Below, piece after piece: positions 16,726 through 25,306 of a stretch of 29,090 bases of DNA. The translations under genes and the position numbers were made by a program. The stretch is from sequence record SRR20825019_2970; one strand, 5' to 3'. The notes under the pieces were generated by a model. It did no database searches. It was not told the origin of the DNA and saw nothing but the letters and a program-made list of their open reading frames with translations. How positions within the stretch are numbered: the first letter of the stretch is position 1; every line of letters starts with the position of its first letter.

Positions 16726-16911
16726 CGCACAGCAGTATCTTATCTTGCTTGAAATAAGACTTCCCCATCTTTCCGGTTGTCCGCCCGACTACCTTGATCG
16801 GCCACTTCCCTTGCCGCGCAATTGGCGTCAGAACAACACCATATAATTGTTGTTATATATCATATGGGTAGTGTGGACGGAAAGTGTAATTCCACCTTAG
16901 TTTTTTGGCGA

Positions 16912-17778
16912 TTAGTCTTTCGCGCGCAAAAGCCAGTCACGAAACACCTGCACTTTTTTCATCGCCACCCGGTCTTGATCATATACCAGATAATAGGCGT
17001 TCCGGCTTTTTACCGGGCCGCCAAACGGTGCGATCAACTGACCGGACGCCAGATCATTCGCCACATACATCAGCGGTAGCACCGCCACGCCGAGGCCCGA
17101 GCGCACGGCTTCAATCATCATGGTGAAATTCTCAAACTGTGTGTTGCCAGGCCGGGCGGGTGGCGCCTCGCCCATCCATTCCGCCCAGGCGGTTGGCCGC
17201 GTTGTCATCTGCAGGCGGTCAAACGCCGTGATATCCAGCTCGGTTTTGCCCTTGAGGAGGGCGGGGGAGACCACGGCGATAATCTCTTCATCCACCAGCT
17301 TGTGCGACACAGTATCAGGCCAGTCCCCGGCACCATATTGCACTGCAACATCCGTGCGGGCCGCGCGGAAATCCTCGGGTGTTAACCCGGTGACGATATT
17401 CAGCTGCACGTCCTGATGGTCTTGCGTGAAACCGCCCAGCTTGGGGATGAGCCAGCGCGACCCGAATGTGGGTAAAAGCCCGAGGGTGAGCACACGGTCA
17501 TCCGCGCCCCATGTCATCATCTTTAGCGTTTCATTCTCAAGCTGCGCGAGAAGGGGGCTGACGGCTGCGGCATATTGTTTGCCTGCTTCGGTGGGGATCA
17601 GCCGTTTACGCTCCCGACGGAACAGGGGCTGGCGCACATAAGCTTCCAGATTGCCGACCTGCCTGCTCACCGCACTTTGGGTCAGGTTCAGCGCTTCGGC
17701 CGCGCGGGTGACGTGGCCCTCTTTCATGACCTGCTCAAAGCATTCCAGCGCTATAAGGCTTGGTAACTTGCGCTTCAT
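16912..17778 (-). CDS. LysR-type regulator (GcvA-like; probable GcdR of the glutarate genes)
   Basis: LPSLIALECF...VTRAAEALNLTQSAVSRQV HTH and LPTFGSRWLIPKL; divergent from gcdH. Confidence 0.93.
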   Translation of the reverse strand: MKRKLPSLIALECFEQVMKEGHVTRAAEALNLTQSAVSRQVGNLEAYVRQPLFRRERKRLIPTEAGKQYAAAVSPLLAQLENETLKMMTWGADDRVLTLGLLPTFGSRWLIPKLGGFTQDHQDVQLNIVTGLTPEDFRAARTDVAVQYGAGDWPDTVSHKLVDEEIIAVVSPALLKGKTELDITAFDRLQMTTRPTAWAEWMGEAPPARPGNTQFENFTMMIEAVRSGLGVAVLPLMYVANDLASGQLIAPFGGPVKSRNAYYLVYDQDRVAMKKVQVFRDWLLRAKD

Positions 17779-17787
17779 CTTAGGTAA

Positions 17788-17806
17788 TCATTCCATTTTG
17801 TAATGA
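17788..17806. promoter_or_regulatory. Putative LysR operator
   Basis: TCATT-N9-AATGA inverted repeat containing T-N11-A, next to the regulator start in an AT-rich divergent intergenic region. Confidence 0.6.
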
Positions 17807-17909
17807 AGTTAGACCAAAATGTTACTTTATAAGCGCGCTTATTGCTATATAGATTACCCAAAATCATACACATATGTGTCGACATACTGGTGAACCAAAG
17901 GGAAGTTTC

Positions 17910-19085
17910 ATGAGCAAGCCGCAATTCAACTGGGAAGACCCGCTGTTTCTGGACGATCAACTGACAGAAGAAGAACGCATGGTGCGCGACAGCGCGCGGG
18001 ATTACTGTCAGGCAAAACTGATGCCGCGTATCCTAGAGGCCAACCGTCATGAAAACTTCGACCGTGAGATCATGACGGAACTGGGTGAGATGGGCCTTTT
18101 GGGCGCAACATTGCCGGAAGAGTTTGGCGGCGCGAACGTTAGCCATGTGGCGTATGGCCTGATTGCCCGCGAGGTTGAGCGGGTGGATAGCGGTTACCGC
18201 TCTGCTATGTCGGTGCAGTCGTCGTTGGTGATGTATCCGATCTATGCTTACGGCACGGATGAGCAGCGTAAAAAATACCTGCCCAAGCTTGCCTCCGGCG
18301 AGATGGTTGGCTGTTTTGGCCTGACTGAGCCTGATTTTGGTTCTGACCCCGGCGGCATGCGTACCCGCGCGGAAAAAGTTGATGGCGGCTATAAGCTGAC
18401 AGGCAACAAGATGTGGATCACCAACAGCCCGATCGCTGATGTAGCCGTTGTGTGGGCCAAGCTGGACGGCAAGATCCGTGGTTTTATTGTTGAGCGCGGT
18501 ACGGAAGGTTTCTCAACCCCCAAGATCGAAGGCAAAATGAGCCTGCGTGCATCTATCACGGGTGAGATTGTGCTTGATGGTGCCGTGGTGCCGGAAGAAA
18601 ACCTGCTGCCGAACGCCTCTGGCCTTGGCGGGCCGTTTGGTTGCCTGAATAAAGCACGTTTCGGCATTGCATGGGGTGCGCTTGGCGCGGCTGAGTTTTG
18701 TTGGCACGCCGCGCGGCAATATACCATGGACCGCAAGCAGTTCGGTCGTCCGCTCGCGCAAACACAGCTTGTGCAGAAAAAACTGGCGGACATGCTAACG
18801 GAAATCACCCTTGGCCTGCAGGCGTGCCTGCGTGTTGGTCGCTTGCTGGATGAAGGTCGCTCCGCGCCTGAGAATATATCGCTCATCAAACGCAACAGCT
18901 GCGGCAAGGCGCTTGATATCGCCCGCATGGCGCGTGATATGCACGGCGGCAACGGCATTGCGGATGAGTTCCATGTTATCCGCCATATGGTGAATCTGGA
19001 GACAGTGAACACCTACGAAGGCACCTATGACATCCACACGCTGATCCTTGGGCGCGCGCAAACCGGCCTTCAGGCCTTCATGTAA
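17910..19085 (+). CDS. gcdH: Glutaryl-CoA dehydrogenase
   Basis: [51 protein letters not shown] and [11 protein letters not shown] motifs typical of GCDH. ATG 17910 is preferred. Confidence 0.95.
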   Translation: MSKPQFNWEDPLFLDDQLTEEERMVRDSARDYCQAKLMPRILEANRHENFDREIMTELGEMGLLGATLPEEFGGANVSHVAYGLIAREVERVDSGYRSAMSVQSSLVMYPIYAYGTDEQRKKYLPKLASGEMVGCFGLTEPDFGSDPGGMRTRAEKVDGGYKLTGNKMWITNSPIADVAVVWAKLDGKIRGFIVERGTEGFSTPKIEGKMSLRASITGEIVLDGAVVPEENLLPNASGLGGPFGCLNKARFGIAWGALGAAEFCWHAARQYTMDRKQFGRPLAQTQLVQKKLADMLTEITLGLQACLRVGRLLDEGRSAPENISLIKRNSCGKALDIARMARDMHGGNGIADEFHVIRHMVNLETVNTYEGTYDIHTLILGRAQTGLQAFM

Positions 19086-19099
19086 GGCCTGGGTGATTT

Positions 19100-20278
19100 A
19101 TGGCAGGCCCTTTAAGTGGTATTCGTGTTCTCGACCTGAGCCGGATTTTGGCTGGCCCCTGGGCTGGCCAATGCCTGGCTGACCTCGGTGCTGATGTGAT
19201 CAAGGTTGAGAACCCCAACGGTGGTGACGATACCCGCACCTGGGGCCCGCCGTTTTTTAACGAGGGTGAGACGAACCTCTCCGCCTATTATATGTGCGCG
19301 AACCGGGGCAAGCGTTCTGTTGCCATCGATATCACCACGCCGGAAGGCCAAGTGCTTGTGAGAGAGCTTGCCGCAAAAAGCGATATTGTGATCGAGAACT
19401 TCAAGGTTGGTGGCCTCAAGAAATATGGCCTTGATTATGAGGGCCTGAGCGCGGTCAACAGTGGTTTGATCTACTGCTCTATCACAGGCTTTGGCCAAAC
19501 CGGGCCGTATGCCAACCGCCCCGGTTATGATCTGCTCATTCAGGCCCTTGGTGGGTTGATGAGCATCACGGGTGAGGCAGATGGTGTGCCGGGTGGCGGC
19601 CCACAGCGCGCCGGTGTGGCGGTCACGGACCTGTTCACCGGGCTTTATAGCACCATTGCGATTTTGGGTGCCTTGCACCACCGGGAGAAAACCGGCGAGG
19701 GCCAACATATTGATATGTCGCTGCTTGATACGCAGGTGGCCGTGCTTGCCAACCAGGGGTCAAACTATCTGGTCTCAGGCAAGGCACCAAAGCGGCAGGG
19801 CAATTCACACCCCACCATTGTGCCGTACCAGAGCTTCAAAACCAAAGACGGTTACATGATTTTGGCTGTGGGCAATGATGGCCAGTTCGCGCGTTTTTGT
19901 GCGGCAGCGGGCATGCCTGCGCTTGCGGAGGATGAGCGGTTTAAAACCAACCCTTCACGGGTTGCACACCGGGATGCGCTGGTGCCGATTGTGGCAGGCA
20001 TTATTGCGGGCAAAACCACGGACGAATGGGTTGGTGTGCTGGAGGCCGCGAACGTGCCCGGCGGGCCGATCAATACCATCGACCGGGTGTTTGACGATGC
20101 GCAAGTGAAGGCGCGGGGCCTCGCGCTCACCCTTGAGGGGGAGGGCGGTGTAACCCTGCCATCTGTGGCGAGCCCCATTCGCTACAGCAAAACGAAAATC
20201 GAGTATAAAAAAGCACCGCCCAAACTTGGGCAGGATACCGCAGCCGTGCTGCACGATGTGCTGGGTATAAAAAGCTAA
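19100..20278 (+). CDS. CaiB/BaiF family III CoA-transferase (likely glutarate-activating)
   Basis: LSGIRVLDLSRILAGP, GDDTRTWGPPF, NRGKRS and PGYD motifs; 14 nt downstream of gcdH. Confidence 0.93.
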   Translation: MAGPLSGIRVLDLSRILAGPWAGQCLADLGADVIKVENPNGGDDTRTWGPPFFNEGETNLSAYYMCANRGKRSVAIDITTPEGQVLVRELAAKSDIVIENFKVGGLKKYGLDYEGLSAVNSGLIYCSITGFGQTGPYANRPGYDLLIQALGGLMSITGEADGVPGGGPQRAGVAVTDLFTGLYSTIAILGALHHREKTGEGQHIDMSLLDTQVAVLANQGSNYLVSGKAPKRQGNSHPTIVPYQSFKTKDGYMILAVGNDGQFARFCAAAGMPALAEDERFKTNPSRVAHRDALVPIVAGIIAGKTTDEWVGVLEAANVPGGPINTIDRVFDDAQVKARGLALTLEGEGGVTLPSVASPIRYSKTKIEYKKAPPKLGQDTAAVLHDVLGIKS

Positions 20279-20279
20279 G

Positions 20280-20304
20280 AAAAAAGGGCCCCGCAGGGCC
20301 CTTT
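20280..20304. terminator. Bidirectional intrinsic terminator
   Basis: aaaaaagggccc-cgca-gggcccttt between the convergent CoA-transferase and RTX genes. Confidence 0.85.
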
Positions 20305-20326
20305 CCTATCTTTATCCATGTCTGGA

Positions 20327-22456
20327 TTATAATTCGATGGTCGCAGATTCCATTGCAGTAAGGTCGAGACCTGCAAGGAAGATGCTGTTGCCGTCACCGG
20401 TGTCGATCATCACACCTGCTGTGCCGTCTACGGTTGTTTCCACACTGGCTGCAAGTACGTCTTCACTGGTTTCAAAGCCGGACACGTAGAGCGTATCTTC
20501 GTCCACGCTGAAGTCCGTGACCACATCACTGCCGTGCTGAGCACCGAAGTGGAAGGCATCTGCGCCGTCTCCACCGGTTAATACGTCAGCTTCAGAACCA
20601 CCATAGAGGTTGTCATCGCCGTCGCCGCCGGTAAGTTCGTCATCACCGTCGCCACCGTAGATGATGTCGGCACCAGCGTCACCAGACAGGCTATCATCGC
20701 CGTCGCCTTTACCACCGTAAAGAACGTCATCACCAGCGTCGCCGTTGATCATGTCGGCACCAAAGCCGCCACCGATCACGTCGATACCAGCTGAGCCATA
20801 AGCGCTGTCGTCGCCACTACCGGCCCACGCCGCGTTTGATGCGTCGCCTTCAACCTCGATCTCGTCTTCGTCAACAACTCCGTCGGCGTTGATGTCGTTC
20901 CAACCACCGGTGATGAGCATGTCATCGCCTTCACCACCAAAGAGGAAGTCACTTCCGATATTGCCGAATTCCTCGGCGCCTGTGCTGTCACCAACGACGA
21001 TATCGTTGCCTGCGCCTGCGCCAACAAGGTCGTTGCCGCTGCCGCCAGCGAAAACGTCGGCATCTTCATCAGCATGACCTGCAAAGATCAGATCATTACC
21101 TGCACCGCCGTCAACGGTGTCTTCACCGATTCCACCAGTGATAAAGTCGCCGCCATCGCCGCCGATAAGTTCGTCATCGTCCGGACCGCCACGAATGATC
21201 AGTCGGGGGTCTTCTTCAGGGTCTGGATCTTCACCGTCATTCAGAAACTCGAAGTTGTCTTCCGTCAGGTCAGACAGCTTGGTGTCTTCCAGCGTCAGGG
21301 TCTGCTCAGCCCCAAGATCAATCACAACGTCTGCACCGTCCTCTGTTGCGGCATCCATTGCTGCTTCGAAGGAGGTGATGCTGCTGGTGCTTTCAAACTG
21401 GATGACTTCGTTACCCTTGGCTCTGAAGTCGGTAACCACGTCAGAGGAAATGCCATCGATAACGAAGGTATCGTTACCCTGACCACCTGTCAGCGTATCA
21501 TCACCTTCACCGCCTGAAAGTTCATCACGGCCTCGGCCGCCATCAAGCACATCAGCACCTTCTGCACCGATCAATGCGTCGGTGCCATTGTCACCGTCCA
21601 GCATGTCATCGCCAGCGCCACCGTTCAGCAAGTCTTTACCGTTACCACCAGCGAGGTCATCATTGCCGTCGCCGCCGTTCAGGTTGTCGACGCCGTTGCC
21701 ACCCTCAAGCAGGTCGTCGCCATCCTCACCTTGCAGCTCATCGTGTCCTTGATCGCCGCTCAGCTCATCATTGCCTGCACCCCCGGCAAGAAGATCGGCA
21801 CCTGAACCACCTTCGATGGCGTCATCCCCGTCGCCACCAAACAGTTCATCAAGGCCCTGATTGCCTTCTATGACGTCATCCCCGGCTTCACCGTGGATGC
21901 TGTCGTTATCTGAGCCACCGGCGAGTTCATCGTCGTCATCGGTGCCGATGATTTCGTTGCCGATGTTGTTGTCATCATCATCGTCGTCGTCGTCATCATC
22001 GTCGTCGGTTGCGAACACGATGCTGTTTTCAACGTCAGCCCATGTTGCACCTTCAATCGTCAGCGAGCCGCCATCGGGCAGTTCGATTTCAAGGTTGCCG
22101 TCAACTTCCGTGGAAGCTTCCATCACCGCTTCAACAGTCGTAAAATCGGAAAACGCTGAAAGGTCGATCGTGTCGCCCGCTTCAGCGCTGAAGTCTGTGA
22201 TGGTGTCGTGGCTGCCTTCAGAAGTGACAAACGTATCGGCGTCGGCGCCGCCGGTCATCATATCGTTGCCAATACCGCCTGCGACAATATCGGCACCGGC
22301 ACCGCCATCCAGCGTGTCGTCGCCGCTACCGCCGTATACGGTATCGTCACCTTCCAGCGCTGTTACCTGATCAGCACCAGCAGAGGCGGTAATATGGTCA
22401 TTAAGCGATGTACCGTTAAGCACTTCGCTGAAGAATGTTCCTTTTATCGTACTCAT
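20327..22456 (-). CDS. RTX (hemolysin-type) calcium-binding repeat protein, probable type I secretion substrate
   Basis: Dozens of GGxGxDxL nonapeptides; no Sec signal; extremely Asp/Glu-rich; AAGGGAG RBS. Confidence 0.92.
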   Translation of the reverse strand: MSTIKGTFFSEVLNGTSLNDHITASAGADQVTALEGDDTVYGGSGDDTLDGGAGADIVAGGIGNDMMTGGADADTFVTSEGSHDTITDFSAEAGDTIDLSAFSDFTTVEAVMEASTEVDGNLEIELPDGGSLTIEGATWADVENSIVFATDDDDDDDDDDDDNNIGNEIIGTDDDDELAGGSDNDSIHGEAGDDVIEGNQGLDELFGGDGDDAIEGGSGADLLAGGAGNDELSGDQGHDELQGEDGDDLLEGGNGVDNLNGGDGNDDLAGGNGKDLLNGGAGDDMLDGDNGTDALIGAEGADVLDGGRGRDELSGGEGDDTLTGGQGNDTFVIDGISSDVVTDFRAKGNEVIQFESTSSITSFEAAMDAATEDGADVVIDLGAEQTLTLEDTKLSDLTEDNFEFLNDGEDPDPEEDPRLIIRGGPDDDELIGGDGGDFITGGIGEDTVDGGAGNDLIFAGHADEDADVFAGGSGNDLVGAGAGNDIVVGDSTGAEEFGNIGSDFLFGGEGDDMLITGGWNDINADGVVDEDEIEVEGDASNAAWAGSGDDSAYGSAGIDVIGGGFGADMINGDAGDDVLYGGKGDGDDSLSGDAGADIIYGGDGDDELTGGDGDDNLYGGSEADVLTGGDGADAFHFGAQHGSDVVTDFSVDEDTLYVSGFETSEDVLAASVETTVDGTAGVMIDTGDGNSIFLAGLDLTAMESATIEL
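21971..22006 (-). repeat. Poly-Asp (D12) coding trinucleotide tract within the RTX gene
   Basis: 12 consecutive GAC/GAT codons. Confidence 0.95.
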
Positions 22457-22749
22457 CTTACTCTCCCTTAACGTGAGGATGAATTTCAGGATGATTTCCT
22501 GATTTTTCTGGGCGTGGCCTCGTTTGAGAGAGGCTTAGAGAAAGCGGTGTGAGTTTTCAGTTTGCTTATGGGCGGAAGCCATAAGACGACCGTCAGGATT
22601 TGATGGCGGCCTTATGGCACCTTTTGGACAGGGATATGAGGATGGGGTGGTTCAGTTGCTTAGGCTACATGGCAAGGCTGGTATTTTTATGGTTTCTTTA
22701 TAAAAAGTGCTCGCATCTTTATGTGCAAAAGTAGCATTTGGCTTAGTCG

Positions 22750-23727
22750 TCAGTCTCCACTGAAACTTACACCAGTTTGGGGTTTGGTGTTGACGTGCAA
22801 CTCAAAAACATCGGGGCGGCTATAGTGCCCGTTGGTGTCGAGCGTGAGGCAGGCCTCTCGCTGTATTGCCATGTCCACGGTGCCTTGCACGGTGCCCGAT
22901 TCCCCATAAAGCGGATCGGTAATGTAACTGCCGTCGGCGGCAATGATCGCACTACCGCCATCATGGATGAGCGTATTGTCCTCACCAGGCATGGACCTGA
23001 GCATCGCCTCCGCTTTGGGTTCATTTACCTTCAAGGACCGGAAGCCGTTCAATATGTCGGCTTTGGTCATTACCGAGCCCGCCGCTGCCACAGCACATCG
23101 CCCTTCAAAAGCATAATGGCGGCTGGCCACTTGGTGCATGTCCTTCACAATGGGCCACTGTGCGATGTGGATATCCTCCCCCCGCGCATGCATGGCCGCA
23201 CGCGCCAGCGGCATCCAGTGTTCCCAGCATATAAGGCTGCCAAGGATGCCGAATGGCGTTTCAACGGTTTCAAGGGTGGAGCCGTCCCCCATGCCCCAGA
23301 CCAGCCGCTCCGTATAGGTGGGCATTAGCTTGCGGTGCGGGGTGGGTGCACTTGCACCGGGGCTGAAGGTGAAGGTGGTGTTATAAAGTGTGTTGCCTGC
23401 ACGCTCGTGGGTGCCCATGACAATATAGGCGCCTGTGTCATTCGCTATAGTTTGCAGGCGCTTGAGGTTCTTGTCCCCCTGCACGACACTGTTTTCCGCC
23501 AGCAGCCGGTAGAGGGCTTTTGCGCCGTCGTCGTCCCAAAGCGCTGCATCAGGTGCAAAATCGAGCCAGACCGGGTAACCCGGCAGCCAGCATTCTGCGA
23601 AGGCAATGATATTGGCACCGCCCTCGGCAGCATTGCGAATATGGGTTTCGGCCGCATCCATGCTGGCCGCTAGGTTCAGGAACGCCGGGGCTTCCTGTAC
23701 AATCGCGAGGGTCGGGTTCTTGTTCAT
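22750..23727 (-). CDS. Nitrilase (carbon-nitrogen hydrolase, CWE branch)
   Basis: Triad contexts FAECWLPGYP, HRKLMPTYTERLVWG and LICWEH; C-terminal GHYSRPDVF; GAGG RBS. Confidence 0.93.
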   Translation of the reverse strand: MNKNPTLAIVQEAPAFLNLAASMDAAETHIRNAAEGGANIIAFAECWLPGYPVWLDFAPDAALWDDDGAKALYRLLAENSVVQGDKNLKRLQTIANDTGAYIVMGTHERAGNTLYNTTFTFSPGASAPTPHRKLMPTYTERLVWGMGDGSTLETVETPFGILGSLICWEHWMPLARAAMHARGEDIHIAQWPIVKDMHQVASRHYAFEGRCAVAAAGSVMTKADILNGFRSLKVNEPKAEAMLRSMPGEDNTLIHDGGSAIIAADGSYITDPLYGESGTVQGTVDMAIQREACLTLDTNGHYSRPDVFELHVNTKPQTGVSFSGD

Positions 23728-23736
23728 AAAAGCCTC

Positions 23737-24501
23737 TTAGGTCCAATCACCCTCAGTGGGGATATTAAGCACAACACCGCAGTGTTTGCAGTGTACCGCA
23801 TCTGGGTCATGCCGGGTCAGGCCACAGTTTTCACAGGGGTGTTTTACTTTTGTGGGTTTGAAGATGGTTTGCACGAGGCGCAGGAAAAGCGCCACGCCAA
23901 ACACCATGATGATCACGGCCACCATGCGCCCAAGCGTATCGTCCATCGTGATGTCGCCAAAGCCTGTGGTGGTGAGGGTGGCGACAGTGAAATAAAGCGC
24001 ATCAAGATAGTTGTTGATGGCGGCATTGCGCCCCGCTTCCAGCACATAAACAACAGCGGTGATCACGAAAATGAAAATGCCGAGGTTGACGCTCGACTGG
24101 ATGATCTGCTCATGTTCCTTGAACCAGCTGAACTCCTGCCGAAGGGCCTTGAGCATGTGGTAAGACCGCATAAGGCGGAGCATGCGTACGATGCGCAGGA
24201 AGCCGAGGTTGTCGAGAAACACGGGCGCAATCAGTGAAAAAATGACAATAACATCGGCCAGCGTATCAAACTTGAACAGGAAGCGCCCTTTGGCCTTGGT
24301 GATGGCGAGCCGCGCTGCAAATTCAAGCAGTAAGGCAAAAGCGATGGCGAAATCCAGGATGCGGACAGCAAGGCCCGGTTCCATCAGGGACGAGACAATG
24401 AAAAACCCAATGGTGAGGAGGTCAAACGCAAGAAGAACCAAGCGAAAACGATGCGCTTTTTTGTCGTGACCAAAATAGAGCGACCTGATCTTCTCCAACA
24501 C
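23737..24501 (-). CDS. Six-TM voltage-gated-type K+ channel with C-terminal zinc ribbon
   Basis: S4 FLRIVRMLRLMR; filter TLTTTGFGD; CENC...CKHC. GTG 24501 after GGGAG (or ATG 24516) is preferred over 24591. Confidence 0.92.
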   Translation of the reverse strand: MLEKIRSLYFGHDKKAHRFRLVLLAFDLLTIGFFIVSSLMEPGLAVRILDFAIAFALLLEFAARLAITKAKGRFLFKFDTLADVIVIFSLIAPVFLDNLGFLRIVRMLRLMRSYHMLKALRQEFSWFKEHEQIIQSSVNLGIFIFVITAVVYVLEAGRNAAINNYLDALYFTVATLTTTGFGDITMDDTLGRMVAVIIMVFGVALFLRLVQTIFKPTKVKHPCENCGLTRHDPDAVHCKHCGVVLNIPTEGDWT

Positions 24502-24643
24502 GTACGCACTCCCCATTTGTGTGGTGCTCACCCTGCCAAATTGCCGTGCTGACATCAAGCGCCAGTATGCTCGGCGGGTAATCACTTTCATTACATTAGG
24601 AAAGCGTTAACCGTACCGGAGGCATACTTGGTTTAACGATTGG

Positions 24644-25198
24644 ATGGTCCTGATGCTAGAGAGTTTTGAGCCGTTTCTTGCCTATTGGCAAGCCTTGCGG
24701 GGTTCTGAGGAGTTGCCGTGCCGCGAAGACTTTCACCCGGTGAAGGTGAAAGATTTCATGGGCCGCATCGTGATTGTTGAACGCCTGAGCACTTCTCATT
24801 TTCAAGTACGCCTTGTGGGCACCGAAATTGTCGAGCGTCTGGGGCATGACCATACCGGCGAAGATTTCCTTTCCCTTCTTGATGGCCCTGAAGAACGTGC
24901 GGGCCGGCTGGCGCTGTTTAATGCCATGCTGGACCAGCCCATGGGCATGTGGGGCAAGCGTGAGGTGATCACCGACAAAGGCACATACATGGCCTTCTTC
25001 CTGCAGCTTCCCATTCGTCACAAAGCCAGCCACGCGGGTGAATTTTTCAATGTTTTTGATTTTGACCAGAACCTTGTGATGCTCTCTGGCGTCAAGTTCA
25101 AGCGGTTTGGCAAGCTTGTTGGCTTTGGCCTCATTGATATCGGGGCAGGGGTGCCGGAAGCATACAGCGACCTTGAGATCAGGACACTTGCTCACTAA
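24644..25198 (+). CDS. Stand-alone PAS-fold protein (PAS_5/DUF1457-like)
   Basis: LAYWQALRG..LP.REDFHP and FQVRLVGTEIVERLGHDHTG motifs of alphaproteobacterial PAS_5 proteins. Confidence 0.82.
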   Translation: MVLMLESFEPFLAYWQALRGSEELPCREDFHPVKVKDFMGRIVIVERLSTSHFQVRLVGTEIVERLGHDHTGEDFLSLLDGPEERAGRLALFNAMLDQPMGMWGKREVITDKGTYMAFFLQLPIRHKASHAGEFFNVFDFDQNLVMLSGVKFKRFGKLVGFGLIDIGAGVPEAYSDLEIRTLAH

Positions 25199-25306
25199 TA
25201 CGTGCTCACCAATGCGTATGGGGGGCTGGACGCGGCGCAAACTCCCACTATGATCACACCATTCGTCTATCACATAGACTTGGAAAATTAGACAAGGGAG
25301 CCAAGC

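Noticed and set aside
21861..22370. Poly-Ser ORF on the plus strand
   Set aside because: Antisense reflection of the Asp/Gly-rich RTX codons.
20327..22456. RTX pore-forming toxin or serralysin protease
   Set aside because: No hydrophobic pore domain, no HExxH motif and no acyltransferase gene nearby.
22540..22600. GCAAAC...GAAA on the minus strand resembling a c-di-GMP-I riboswitch
   Set aside because: The P2/P3 stems and tetraloop-receptor arrangement could not be built.
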